Source: Chiloscyllium plagiosum (taxonomy: Eukaryota). From it: a stretch of DNA of 20,000 bases. Both the position numbers and the translations under genes were made by a program. Positions 19,448-20,000 of this stretch are shown here, in pieces (the stretch's first letter is position 1; each line of letters opens with the position of its first letter). The stretch spans positions 5,980,660 to 6,000,659 of the forward strand of contig NC_057751.1 of NCBI RefSeq assembly GCF_004010195.1, in the 5' to 3' direction. The notes below the pieces were generated by a model that was not told the DNA's origin, did not search any database, and saw only the letters and a program-made list of their open reading frames with translations.

Positions 19448-20000
19448 ATGACTAAAGGGAAGGGAGCCCGCAGCTCTCAGCAAGCAGGAACCCCTCCCCC
19501 ACCCTCTCCAGCTGCAGCAGAGGCGTCCACAGCCGCCCTGGGGGACTTACTTACAGTAACAAGCCTTGCAGAAATGATTTCCAAGCTGGATTCGAAGATC
19601 GATGCCTTTATTGCAGAATCCAGAAATCGTTGGGACTCGCTCTCGGCCGTGCTGCAGAAGCACGACCGAGAGATTCAAGAAATTGAATGGTGAGTCGGAG
19701 GGATGGAGCTAAAGGCCGCGACCTCCGAAAATACCGCTCAATCGGCCGTGAATCAGGTCCGGACTCTCGAACAGCACGTCCGGACCTTGGAAAATCATAT
19801 TGATGACCTCGATAATCGAGGTCGTCAAAAAAATATTCGTTTGCTGGGCCTTCCCGAACGGGAAGAGGAAGGCCAGCTTACAGCATTCCTGGAGCAATGG
19901 CTGCCACAGCTTTTAAATCTGCAAGCTGGATCAGGCCAGGTAAGGGTGGAATGGGCCTACCGGGTAGCAATACGCGGGCCCGGCTCGAACCAGCGCCCAC
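19448..20000 (+). pseudogene. L1 ORF1p (coiled coil plus start of RRM) with a premature TGA at 19691-19693
   Basis: Reading through the stop in frame gives ...VRTLENHIDDLDNRGRQKNIRLLGLPEREE...FLEQWLPQLL...VRVEWAYRV...QRP. This matches the L1 ORF1 motif DLENRSRRNNIRIxGLPE...IERAHR...RP. Confidence 0.88.

Larger units (their letters stand above)
19275..20000 (+). mobile_element. L1-clade LINE 5' end (5' UTR plus ORF1), running off the window
   Basis: GC/CpG-rich segment starting gaggggatccAAGATGGCGG, followed by an ORF1-like reading frame. Confidence 0.88.

Noticed and set aside
1..20000. CRISPR array, operon or other prokaryotic system
   Set aside because: There is no regularly spaced repeat-spacer array and no gene-dense coding. 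The sequence is eukaryotic and repeat-rich.

Overview
Repeat-dense, AT-rich vertebrate genomic DNA that looks intronic or intergenic. The repeat families point to a cartilaginous fish, probably a shark (inference): HE1-type tRNA-derived SINEs, HER1/CR1 LINE 3' ends, a Deu-domain SINE and Penelope-derived tails. I cannot identify any host protein-coding gene. Most listed ORFs are decayed transposon fragments or chance ORFs. Over half of the window is nested mobile elements: several CR1 and CR1/L2-group LINE fragments, an L2 fragment, two HE1 SINEs, three solo LTRs, a Tigger-like MITE, a Penelope RT fragment, and the 5' end of an L1-clade element whose ORF1 has a premature stop. The most interesting structures are (i) two short fold-back insertions from different Penelope-derived families, each flanked by a target-site duplication and carrying minimal hammerhead-ribozyme core motifs, (ii) two local duplications with microhomology or duplicated junctions suggesting templated repair, and (iii) one candidate host exon at about 6388-6546. 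Family names come from pattern recognition, not database searches, and most repeat boundaries are approximate.
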